Source: Carcharhinus longimanus (Eukaryota). From it: a stretch of 64,000 bases of DNA. Both the position numbers and the translations under genes were made by a program. Shown here piece by piece: positions 1-10,386 of the stretch. Within the stretch, counting starts at the first letter, position 1. The number at the start of each line of letters is the position of its first letter. The stretch covers positions 81,633,150 to 81,697,149 of the forward strand of contig JASCQW010000072.1 of assembly GCA_030264375.1 (NCBI GenBank). The letters run 5' to 3'. Under the pieces are notes generated by a model. That model saw only the letters and a list, made by a program, of their open reading frames with translations, ran no database searches and was not told where the DNA came from.

Positions 1-147
1 TGTGAACACAACTCCCACTCACCTGATGAAGGGGCAGTGCTCTGAAAGCTTGTGGCTTGTGCTACCAAATAAACCTGCCGGACTTTAACCTGGTGTTGTG
101 AGACTTCTTACTGTGCTTACCCCAGGACAATGCCAACATCTCCACAT
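1..147 (+). mobile_element. Penelope-like element terminal repeat, family 2 (cut by window start)
   Basis: CCTGATGAAGG..GAAAGCT..CCAAATAAACCTG..GGACTTTAACCTGGTGTTGTGAGACTTCTTACTGTG; the same sequence recurs at 9779-9832 and 31246-31455. Confidence 0.7.
19..55 (+). ncRNA. Minimal type-I hammerhead ribozyme motif, intact core
   Basis: Stem I TCAC/GTGG; CTGATGA 23-29 plus extra A; stem II GGGGC/GCTCT; GAAA 44-47; palindromic helix III AGCT; UH = TT at 50-51. Confidence 0.65.
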
Positions 148-149
148 CC

Positions 150-893
150 TCAAAAAGGTGCCATGAGCCATAACCTGCATGAGAGGACCTTTCAAAAAAT
201 ATGTTTAAAAGGCCACCTCATGCCTTCCATACCATGTTATGTCCCCCTAAACAACCCCAATGTTCCTTTATGTCCCCCACCCATCCCCATGGCCCCTCAT
301 GTCCTCTGTGTTACGTTGTGACTCTTCCATGCCCATTGACCCACTATACACTGTATAGGTCTCATAGCTACAATAGGATTTGTAAAAAAAAAGCTTTTAA
401 AAACTCATACATAACTTCCAACTATGTTTTTTAAAAAAGTCATTTTACTACAGGAGAAATCAGACCCTTTACAATTTCGACAGTTGAAACAGCAAGCACT
501 TGAAACCTCAATCTTGTGAAAATAGATAGTGTAATTGACAGCATACATCTGAGAGTCAGAACTGTTAATCAAATAATGCTTTCTCTGAGACTCAATTGTT
601 TCAACAGACTAATTAATTTCTGGGCTCCTAACCAAGCCTCATTCTACATTTTTGGCATTAAGCATGAACATGGCATGAGTGTGTGGGGGCTGAGAGCAGT
701 GCAAGGGATGGAAGGCCTTTTTGTTTTTATATGAATTGGGATTTAAACAGCCCACCTCAGCAGCTGGCAAATCCTTTTGGCTGTCTTCCAACTTATTCTG
801 AGGTCAACTGGCCCACACCCAATGACCACCCCACCCCCAACTCCCCCCCACAGAGGCCAATTGGCAAAGCTGAGAATTTTCCCTATTCCCGCT
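150..893. mobile_element. Degenerate non-autonomous DNA transposon-like element (Harbinger-type end)
   Basis: C-rich body ending ..GCTGAGAATTTTCCC, resembling the GGGC(A/G)GAATT/GATTTT terminal repeats elsewhere in the window; left end unclear. Confidence 0.3.
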
Positions 894-1139
894 ACTTGCT
901 GAGGGTGAAAACCAGACAATGCAAGTATCCAGTTTTTGTATGATAGTGTCAGCAGGCCGTAATCCACACATGACATTCACACATCTGTATCTTCTGAGGC
1001 TTACCAACTGAGGCTTGCACAAATTAATGCAATGATACCCCAGCAGCTTAGCATCATACCGCAAGAAAGTAGAATGCTCTCAAAACTTATCATCAAACAG
1101 TAAAACAATAGCCTCAAAATAACAATCCACATTCTTTTA

Positions 1140-1460
1140 CTTTGATTTCCCTCGTGGCTTCAGCCAGGAAAAAATTTCATCAGAAATCCATCTTTTCCAC
1201 TTCACAAGCTGCACAAATCTCACCATTTTCTTTGCTACATCCAGAAGAATAGATTTTGTGGTTTGCCAAAACTCTTTGGGTGTTCTCTAGTGAGCTGCCA
1301 CCTGCAGCGCTTGAAACATGTTGGTGGTTTCCACTGCAGCCTCTGCTGCCTCATCATCCTTAAACTCATCTAAATTAATGTGTCATTAAAAAGAAACCTA
1401 TTTTGTTCTTCTGCCTTCTCTGACCTTCAATATTGATGATCAAATGATATCAGAACACAG
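1140..1460 (-). mobile_element. RTE-clade LINE fragment (endonuclease-RT linker), decayed
   Basis: Minus frame reads INLDEFKDDEAAEAAVETTNMFQAL..*RTPKEFWQTTKSILLDVAKK..KWKRWISDEIF, typical of the RTE/BovB linker (..ELW..K..WLS.E). Confidence 0.55.
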
Positions 1461-2149
1461 GCTGGCCTCTCTCTGACAGGCAATGAGGGCAAGAGGAGAA
1501 TAGAAATCAATAGAGAAGGATTGTTTGTTGTGCCCGGAGCAAGAACAATGAAAGACAAGACAACCTTGACAACCAATATTATTGCCCGCGAGTTGGTAGG
1601 ATATGGATTCCAGAGTTTCAATTGAGGGCAAGTAAGTTCCTAGGCTCATGTAAGATAGCAGAGGTGTTTGTGGAGTTGGGGAGTGGTGGGGGTGTGGGGT
1701 GTGTGGAGGGCAGCAGTTGCAGCTCAGCTGCTTTTTCATAAAATGTCTTTTGGTCTCAGTTTCTAATCTTTCACCAGGAAGACTACAAAGTGATTGGCAT
1801 GATTGACTTCTTCAACTTCCCACACTTGAGTCAAGCCCCACTCCAGTCTGACTGACTGAGGTCTACATTTCAATGTCAGAAGGCTCTTAGGGTGAATCTC
1901 AGTTCCATTATTCTGTCGTGTGTTGGGTTTCCAACATTTGCAACAATGTTCAATGATTTTGAGCAGGGGATTTGATAGTTGAGGCACAACCAATGAATCG
2001 CATACCATAGTACAAAAGTGCAAGTGACCCTACCTCCAACCACACCCCCTTGCTCTCGTACACAAAAATATAAATGCAACCCTACACCAAAAAAAAAATT
2101 GGGACAGCCCCCACGCATCCAATCAATGCCCCTATGCACAAAAAACATT

Positions 2150-3012
2150 GGGTGGCAGCTCACTTAGCAGTGGTCGTACTGGTTCGTAACATCGGTCAAT
2201 CGGCATGTCAAACCAGTAAGATTGCGAGAGGTGCAAAAAACTGGTTTCACGCCTGGTTTTTTGCCTCTCGCAATCTTACTAGCCCTGGATTGCCAGTGTG
2301 ATCAGCGTCGGACGTAAGAAGGGCGCAAGGCTGATTTAAATATTTAAATAATCATTTTCATATAATTAGTGAGTCCCAGACGCAATTGTCCAGCCTCACT
2401 TTTCTTAATGGTCTTGCTGGTTGATGTCCTAACCAGCGAAGATCACGTATGGTTCTCATCAATGGTGTTGTGATGTAATAGTATCAATGTTGCAACCAAG
2501 GCCATTGAAGCCCCCCTGGGTGGTCATTGGGCAGGGGGATGGACAGTGCCCTTTGGGCAATTCCAGCCTGGGACCAGGCAGTGCCAAGCAGTAGTGTCTA
2601 AGGGGAGGTAATGGATCCCAAGCGGAGGCGGATGGAGGCAACTGTACACTCTGCAAGGAGAGATCAGCCACTGCGGTTATTGGCGGGGGAGGGGGGAGGC
2701 GATCAGCCGTGGAGGCCAGCGATCAGGGTGGGGCCGGAGGGAGTGATATCCAGAGGAGTGTCAGATCTTCCAAGTACACTTTACACAGGACACCCCAGAT
2801 CTGTGCATGTTCAATAGTGCACTCTAGCTGTGAGCAACTGGCTTTCTGGCAAGAATAGGCTCCATCCACTCCCCCTAATGGCATGAATCACACTTTGCTT
2901 TTTTTTTACAGTAAGTGGCATAAGATCGTAAGCTCACAGAAAAAATAGGCGCAATTCTTTCCCAATTTCATGTTCGTTCGGCCCTTAGGATTTTTTTGGT
3001 AAGATCGTCCCC
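2150..3012. mobile_element. PIF/Harbinger-type non-autonomous element (long family)
   Basis: GC/CpG-rich; right end ..TTAGGATTTTTTTGGTAAGATCGTCCCC resembles the ends at 39428 and 60086. Confidence 0.5.
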
Positions 3013-4659
3013 ACAGTTCTTTATTAGCCAGCTTGGTCATGTTTGCCACACAGCTATCCATAATTACTTCCATTGATTTTCTCTCTCACCACCTCCTTGT
3101 CTGCTGCGATCAAAGTTCACAAATCCTAAGCTTTCACTCTCAGGACTTCAAACTTCCTAAAGTTCGAAATCTGGTAAAATCCCAATTGATAAAGAATATC
3201 AAGAAACAACCTTTTTTCAATCTTCCAAGCTAGCCAATTGTTACTAGCTTCCCATGCTTTATCCACAGAGCCTATCTCCATGACTGTGGATTTTAAATTA
3301 ATAAAGGTTTTTGTAAATGAAGTATCAATGCAAGAAAGGATAACCCATCAGTGCCACCTCTGATGGAGGGAGAAGAACAGCAAGCGCTATGATGCACTTC
3401 TGACACTGCTGTGCATGTCCAGATTTGGTGTTAGACCTTTACAGCATTCAGTCACATAGAGCACAAGACAAAGTGACTGCCACTGAAATACACACAGAAT
3501 AGATCATCTCAAACTCCTGCATATCCAATGGTAAAACGATGTGAAAAGGTCAATAAGCTTTAGGTCATTTTTTGCAAGCTTGCAATATTACTAGCACTAG
3601 TATAATTATGGTATTAGATACAATAAATTTAGAAATCCAACTGATTCAACTGGTTTCATTGGTAGGGAACAAGCTTAGAAACAAAAATAAAAACTGCAGC
3701 TTCTGAATCCGAGATCAAGAAGGCAAAAGAGTTAAGCGCTGAAGCGGCTGAAATTGACATTAAGTCATTCAGGTTAATTCAGGCAAGGTCAACCGAGAGA
3801 GAGACACAATGAGAAGAACCAAGAAGCCAATTGCAAAACAGCAAGATACAACAGCAGGGACTGGGAAACCTACTGTTGAGGTTCCTGTCCAAAATTTCCA
3901 CCACCAAGCTAGCAATAATAAATGAGATTTTAGAGGTGTGGGGACATGTACCACCTATCATGAGGGGTCATCCTGATTGTATGCTTCAAGTACATGAATA
4001 GCCATTTAAACATTTGGCAAAAGGAGCAGTTAATGGGAAAAAAATACTTGCAACAAGGACGAGGCAACAAGTGGTCCTTAAAGATATTATCAATATACAT
4101 TGGAAAGCTGCTTTTGCTCTATAGGCTTCAATTCTGTCAAAAGATTGAATTTTTATTTCCAGCTGTCTATTCAGATTTCAGATTTCCACCACTTGCAGTT
4201 TATTTTGCTTTAACTTGCAGATTTCATTTCCAGAAATATCAACAAATATTACATTTTTAAAATTGTCATGGTTCATTTGTAGCTTCAGCATTTTGCTGGG
4301 TCCTATAAAGGTCTCCAATTATCTTGATCTTAATGTGCTGCATTATTGTACATTAATTGTCCAACAATTCAAGAATAGCACCAAATTAATTAAGATATTT
4401 AGCAGACCAGGTACCCAATTTCTTAAAGTGCCACTGACTAATCCTTTGCAGAGCCTTGTATACAGGTGAGTTGGTGAGCGAAGTACTGTCACATTTCCAT
4501 GTGAACAAATTGAAAATAAAAAACAGGAACTGGGAATTTTGAGAAAATGGAAAATTTCCGTCAGCAAGCAGAAAAGAAACAATACACATCAAAAGATTGT
4601 GCTGGTTCACTTTAATCTTTAATATGAAGTAGTTGTTAATCTGTAGTTGGTAATGGGTT

Positions 4660-4945
4660 GCATGGTTTGCACAACTGCCTCACAGCGCCAGAGACCCAGA
4701 TTNNNNNNNNNNNNNNNNNNNNNNNNNNNNNNNNNNNNNNNNNNNNNNNNNNTCTGCATGGGTTTACTCCGGGTGCCCCAGTTTCCTCCCACTGTCCAAA
4801 GATGTGCAAGTTAGCAATGGCCTTGCTAAATTCTCCCTCGGTGTACCTAAACAGGCACCACAGTGTGGCAACGAGGGGATTTTCACTGTAACTTTAATGT
4901 AGTGTTAATGTAAGCCTACTAGTGACAATAATAAATAAACTTTAA
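4660..4945 (+). mobile_element. V-SINE (HE1-like head and core), tail type B; contains 50-N gap 4703-4752
   Basis: CTGCCTCACAGCGCCAG..GGTTTCCTCCCAC..CCAAAGATGTGC core; tail GTGTGGCAACGAGGGGATTTTCAC..GTGACAATAATAAATAAACTTT. Confidence 0.85.
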
Positions 4946-5049
4946 AAAACTAAAAAAAACCTGACTATGCAGTGCTAAAAAAAATACAATAATTTTACAA
5001 TGTTTCTGGTTGATAATGAAAAATGGTGGTACGCTTGAAACGAACACTC

Positions 5050-5193
5050 AGTGACTCACCAGCATTGCCCGAGTGAGTTTCATACCCACCGATTCATCAG
5101 CACAGACTTAGCGTGGATATCCAATGACTCACTGGCACAGTTTGAGTGGTATATCCTAATGACTCATCGGCTGCAATTGTAAGTGGATATCCC
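5050..5193. repeat. Degenerate minisatellite, 4 units of ~35-38 bp
   Basis: Units begin TGACTCA (5052, 5125, 5160) or CGATTCA (5090); the last three end GTGG(T)ATATCC. Confidence 0.7.
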
Positions 5194-6063
5194 TTAATAA
5201 AATCATGACTGGCCTGATTTAAAAGGAATCATCACCATTGCGGCTCTGCAGTGCACAATAAATAACAATTTCCACTTGACAAAACTAATGTTTAAATAGG
5301 ATGATGCTTCTTTTGTGCATCACACAATACTATAGTTCATGTCTTGATGTTGCTTTCATTGTCACCACACTTTCTATTAGTTGTATCACTTTGGATTGAC
5401 AAGAACTCAATTCAACAATATTGACAAACTGATGTCAAATCTGTATCAGAATACAGACAGGATTATTGTACAAAAATCACTAAATGCAACCTTACATTTT
5501 TCTTTAAGAATATTGTCACCTGCACATCACTTTTCCATTAGTCACACACTTGTAACTTCAATACATAAGCCAAAAACCAAACAAATTTCCTGTTTAAAAA
5601 ATCCATGGCTTTTATCTGTCGACAACTACTCTATTCTGAAACCTTGAAATTACATTGCGTGAATGTTGACACACAGATGTTTAGCAGTTTGCATGACATT
5701 TCCTTGTCCATCACATTAGTGGATGTATTAGCCTATCAATTTCATTTCTAACTTTTTTCATTGACTTTATTTCCTCATTGTTTTACAATTGAGACTATAA
5801 TTAACTTTGTGCTATGAAAAATGATCAGTCTAATCCTGCTCCCTGCAATAAATGGTTTTCCATGACAATTTCTTCCTCCTTTTTCAGATTCATTCTGAAC
5901 AGGTACCTAAATTTGGATTTGGTAGGCTCAAACCCAAACTCTGCATTTTTTCGACAGTTATTTTTAGCCTGATTCCTGGCCTCCTCATCAGTCAAATTAA
6001 ACCGAACTTGATCCCCGCACTAAAAATCCAAAATAAATACTCTTGAGCTTTCTAGTCGAGTGG

Positions 6064-6190
6064 AGGCAGGATTTTCCAGCTGCCCTCGCCCCAATGCCAG
6101 AAAATCCTGCCAGCGGTCAATGGACCTTTGCATGGTCCATGTCCTGCCTGCTACAATTCCAGTGGTAGGCAGGATGGCAAAATTCTACCC
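6064..6190. mobile_element. Harbinger-type MITE (~127 bp)
   Basis: TIRs AGGCAGGATTTT / AAAATTCTACCC; interior GGTCAATGGACCTTTGCATGGTC shared with 51445-51570. Confidence 0.7.
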
Positions 6191-6305
6191 TATGTCTTAG
6201 TGCGAATGTCAGATATTAACATTTAAAATTACATATATTTTAATTCCACAAATAAAAGGTTTTTTTCTCCTTCCCCATTTTCAATGAACTTAGCATTCCT
6301 AACCT

Positions 6306-6600
6306 GGGTGGCACGGTGGCACTGCCTCACAGCCCCAGGGTTTCATTCTCGGCTTCGGTCACTGTCAGCTCGGAGTCTGCTCATTCTCCCCATATCTGTG
6401 TGGGTTTACTCTGGATGCTCCAATTTCCTCTCAGTCCAAAGATGTGTAGATTAGGTGCATTGGCCATGCTAAATTTTCCCTCAGTGTACCTGAACAAGCA
6501 CTGGAGTGTGGCAACTAGGGGATTTGCACAGTAACTTCATTGTAGCATTAATGTAAACCTTCTTGTGACACTAATAAGCCTACTTTGTTTTAAAGTTTAC
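6306..6600 (+). mobile_element. V-SINE, tail type B
   Basis: GGGTGGCACGGTGGCAC head, V core, tail GTGTACCTGAACAAG..CAGTAACTTCATT..GTGACACTAATAA. Confidence 0.85.
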
Positions 6601-7702
6601 TTATGTACTGCAATGGAGCGTCAGCTGTGGATGATACACTGAGATCCTGCCTTGAGCTGTAAACGTGAACTTTTCACAGCTTTATCATTTAAGTAGGAGT
6701 TCTAATATGTGCTTTAAATAATCAAATTCCTAAATGCCACAGTTCTTATTTAATCACTTGAAAATTTACTTGAAAGAATTTAATCCTTTGAAAGCATTTA
6801 ATCCTTCAAGTGAATACGACAAAATTTAGGATCACTAAAAATATTTATACGCTGACAAGACATGAGTAACACAGTTTAATATTCCTTGTTGTGTATATCT
6901 GGAACAATGAAATTGCACTTGTATTCTTTTAAGGCCTGCATTATCAACATAAACTTTTGACCAGTAAATCTCCTGCCACAGCCGCAATGCAAAAATTAGC
7001 TTGCTGGAATTGAATGATTAGAGTACATTAACTAAGCATCCCAATTTCTGATAAGTTCTGGTAAAAACTTTTTGCCCTTTCTTCCCTAATCTTGGATACA
7101 AAAGGTTAATTGTTGGGCACTCAATACTATTCAAGTAACCCCAAAGACTAATAATTAAAACAGGAGCTGTGTGTGCATAGCTTGACGTTATACCAAAGAT
7201 ATTAATCTATTCAGTCATTGATAAGTCTATTATTTTCTTTTTGTGTGGGACTAATGCGGCAGGAAGTGTAGTAGCAACCATGAAATATGCATCCTTCATG
7301 CGAGATGAAATTATTTCAGATTTAAAAACATCAACAGTGTTAAACCTACACCAATATTATGCTATTACACCTTAATGGAAGGCCAGGATATGAAAAAATG
7401 GAATTATGGTGATGTCAACACATGTGAAAATTCAGATTATGAAGACTAATCAGCTATTTTGATTCAGCCTCTGCTGCTTATTTGATAAAATGAGGTGGAT
7501 GGAATGACTAACAATCATTCTGGAAACAACAGTATTGAGCATAAGCACGTTAGTATTCTACAACTCGGGATATCCAATCATGCTTTTCTTAAAAATAAAC
7601 TTTTTCCTTCCATAAGTGAAATGTTTCAGAAGGGCATCAGTTTATTGGAGATAAACAACTCTAGGTGCCACAGTTTTTCTGTAGCCTGAAACAAGCAAGT
7701 TA

Positions 7703-7993
7703 GGGTGGCATGGTGGCACACTGGTTAGCACTGCTGCCTCAGAGTGCCAGGGGACCGGGATTCAATTCCAGCCTCTGGTCACTGTCTGTGTGGAGTTTGC
7801 ACATTCTCCCAGTGTCTGCATGGGTTTTCTCCAGGTGCTCTGGTTTCCTCCTTCATTTCAAAGATGTGTGGGTTAGGTGGACTGGCCATGCTAAATTGCC
7901 CCTTAGTGTCAGGGGGATATGGCCTGAGTGGGATTGTGGTCAGTGCAGACTCAGTGGGCCGAATGGCCTCCTTCTGCACTGCAGGATTCTATG
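7703..7993 (+). mobile_element. HE1-type V-SINE (tail type A, CR1-derived)
   Basis: tRNA-like head GGTGGCACACTGGTTAGCAC..GGATTCAATTCC; tail GGGCCGAATGGCCTCCTTCTGCACTGCAGGATTCTATG. Confidence 0.9.
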
Positions 7994-9140
7994 TGATGTG
8001 GTGTATCTGGATTTCCAGAAGGCATTTGACAAGATGCCACACCAAACACTGCCACATAAGGTAAAAATGCACAGTGTAATGGGTAATGTATTAGCATGGA
8101 TAGAGGATTGGTTAACTAACAGAAAGCAAAGATTGGGGATAAATGGGTGTTTTTCTGATTGGCGATCAGTGACTAGTGGTGTGTCTCAGGGATCAGTGTT
8201 GGGAGTGCAATTGTTTACAATTTACATAGATGATTTGAAGTTGGGGGCAAAGTGCAAAATTTGCAGATGACATTGAGATGTATTGAAGAGCAAAGTGTGC
8301 AGAGGATGCTGAATGTCTGCAAAGGGATATAGATAGTCGAAGTGAGTGGGCGAGGGTCTGGCAGATGGAATACAATGTTGGTAAATGTAAGGTCATCCAT
8401 TTTGGTAGCAAAATGGACTTATTAAATGGGAAAATATTGCAGCACGCTGCTGTGCAGAGGGACCTGGGTGTCCTTGTGCATGAATTACAAACAGTTGGTT
8501 TGCAGGTGCAGCAGGCAAGTAAGAAGGCAAATGGAATTCTGTTCTTTATTGCCAGAGGGATGGAGTTTAAAAACAGTGAGATTATGTTGCAGCTATATAA
8601 GGTGCTGGTGAGGCCACACCTGGAGTACTGTGTACAGTTTTGGTCTCCTTACTTGAGAAAGGATGGCACTGGAGGGGTGCAGAGGAGATTCACAAGGTTG
8701 ATTCTGGCGTTGAGCAGGTTGGCTTATGAGGAGAGACCTAGTAAACTGGGAGTATACTCTTTGGAATTCAGAAGAATGAGGGGAGATCTTATATAAATAT
8801 AGAAGATTATGAAGGGAATAGGTAAGATAGAAGCAGGGAAGTTGTTTCCACTGGCAGATTAAACTAGGGGAATGGCCTCAAAATAAGGGGAAGCAGATTT
8901 AGGACTGAGTTGAGGAAGAGCTTCACACAAAGGGTTGTGAAATCTGTGGAATTTCCTGCCCAGTGAAGCAGTTGAAGCTACCTCATTGAATGTTTTTGAG
9001 GCAAGGATAGCTAAATTTTTGAGCAGTAAAGGAATTAAGGGTTATGGTGAGCAGGCGGGTAAATAGAGCTGAGTCCATGAAAAGATCAGCCATGATCTTA
9101 TTGCATGGCGGAGCAGGCTTGAGGCTTCTTATTCTTATTA
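7994..9140 (+). mobile_element. CR1 LINE 3' fragment (RT domain to 3' UTR), frameshifted
   Basis: DVVYLDFQKAFDK, GVSQGSVLG, KFADD, VRPHLEYCVQFWSPYL, RRMRGDLI motifs spread over ORFs 7710-8270 and 8365-8796. Confidence 0.95.
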
Positions 9141-9354
9141 CATCTAAAGTGACCAATTATGGCCAATTTCAGGGTTTTGCTGTTTTCATGCCATTAGTGC
9201 CATGATGCATTTATGTATGTCATATTTTAACTAAAGATAGTGGGAACTTCTTGATTGTGTTCCACTTTTAATGTAATATGTACACACTGTATTTTATTTT
9301 CCAAAATCCAGTGGCAAAGGATAAAACAGCCTATTTTTACATATTTTTAAAAAA

Positions 9355-9678
9355 ATGTTACCTTTCTTCCAGCCATTCCTACCCCCACATCTTCATCTGT
9401 CACAGTTTATCCTCTGATTTTAGTTTTTCTGCTCTTTGGCCATTCACACTCTTTGTTCTCTCTATGGGCTGCCATTAGCAGTCTTTTCCTCTGGTTTCTG
9501 TGACTATGGCTCATCTTTCATTCCCTCCCTCTGCAGTATAAATATCTCCCACTTTGTATGACTTTTAGCTTTGACAAAGGGTCACCTGGACTCGAAACGT
9601 CAACTCTTTTCTCTTCTTACAGATGCTACCAGACCTGCTGAGATTTTCCAGCATTTTCCCTTTTGGTTTCAGATTCTA
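9355..9678 (+). mobile_element. Penelope-like element 3' terminal region, family 1
   Basis: Pyrimidine-rich UTR, then GGGTC..GACTCGAAACGTC..ACAGATGCTACCAGACCTGCTGAGATTTTCCAGCA; this terminus follows the PLE ORF at 20990-23750. Confidence 0.8.
9567..9605 (+). ncRNA. Minimal hammerhead ribozyme motif, U3-A8 core variant
   Basis: AGCT-TTGACAA-A-GGGTC-ACCTG-GACTC-GAAA-CG-TC-AACT; palindromic helix III ACGT; GUC cleavage triplet. Confidence 0.55.
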
Positions 9679-9778
9679 NNNNNNNNNNNNNNNNNNNNNN
9701 NNNNNNNNNNNNNNNNNNNNNNNNNNNNNNNNNNNNNNNNNNNNNNNNNNNNNNNNNNNNNNNNNNNNNNNNNNNNNN

Positions 9779-9832
9779 TATCAAATAAACTTGTTGGACT
9801 TTAACCTGGTGTTGTGAGACTTCTTACTGTGC
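9779..9832 (+). mobile_element. PLE family-2 terminal fragment after gap 9679-9778
   Basis: CAAATAAACTTGTTGGACTTTAACCTGGTGTTGTGAGACTTCTTACTGTGC matches 66-116. Confidence 0.75.
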
Positions 9833-10104
9833 AAACAAGTTTCTAACAGGGTTTGAAAACATTTATAAATAAACCTTTCTGTTCTAAATTGTACAGGAGG
9901 CACCAATTCATTTTCATCTTTTGTTACCAGCGAAATGTTTCGACTGGTCTTTTAACAAGTTTGACTTTCTCTAAGTGCTTGGCAACATTGCACTGCATGG
10001 TTAGTAAAGTAAATATTGAAAGCTGTTCAGTGGCGAAGGTTCAGCCGCAAATCAATAACACAGTTTTATCTGAAGGAACAGTGCCATGTTAGTTTTTATA
10101 ATTA

Positions 10105-10325
10105 AACCAGATAATGCTGGAAGTATTTCAGCAGCTCTGGCAACATCTGCGGAGAGAGAACCAAAGCTAATGGACGGGATTTTCCAGTGCTGCCCAGGAA
10201 TCATTGTGAGTGGGATGGAAAACTTGAAGGACTAACAGAAGTTCTGTTGGTTTTGGGCAGGAATTTCTGATCTGGCAAGACTGGAAAGTCCCACCCGATG
10301 TTTCAGGCTCTGATCTCTCATTAGT
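10105..10325 (-). mobile_element. PLE family-1 terminus, split by a MITE
   Basis: ATGCTGGAAGTATTTCAGCAG..CATCTGCGGAGAGAGAA..GCTAAT|GTTTCAGG is the reverse complement of the PLE end. Confidence 0.6.
10172..10296. mobile_element. Harbinger-type MITE
   Basis: TIRs GGACGGGATTTTCCAGT / ACTGGAAAGTCCCACCC; 3-bp flanks AAT/GAT. Confidence 0.7.
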
Positions 10326-10386
10326 CCACCCCGGTTGGAAAAAGCTACTTTACAAAGCTAATAAACCAATAACTGAGAATATTTCC

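Noticed and set aside
5050-5193. CRISPR-like repeat/spacer periodicity (also 11656-11731)
   Set aside because: Eukaryotic context, homologous rather than unique spacers, and no cas genes.
7703-7775. tRNA gene-like A/B boxes (also 10387, 45077, 61245, 63458)
   Set aside because: SINE heads that continue into SINE cores and tails; no complete cloverleaf.
7710-8796. 186-aa and 143-aa ORFs as a protein-coding gene
   Set aside because: SINE-CR1 chimeric and frameshifted CR1 RT fragments.
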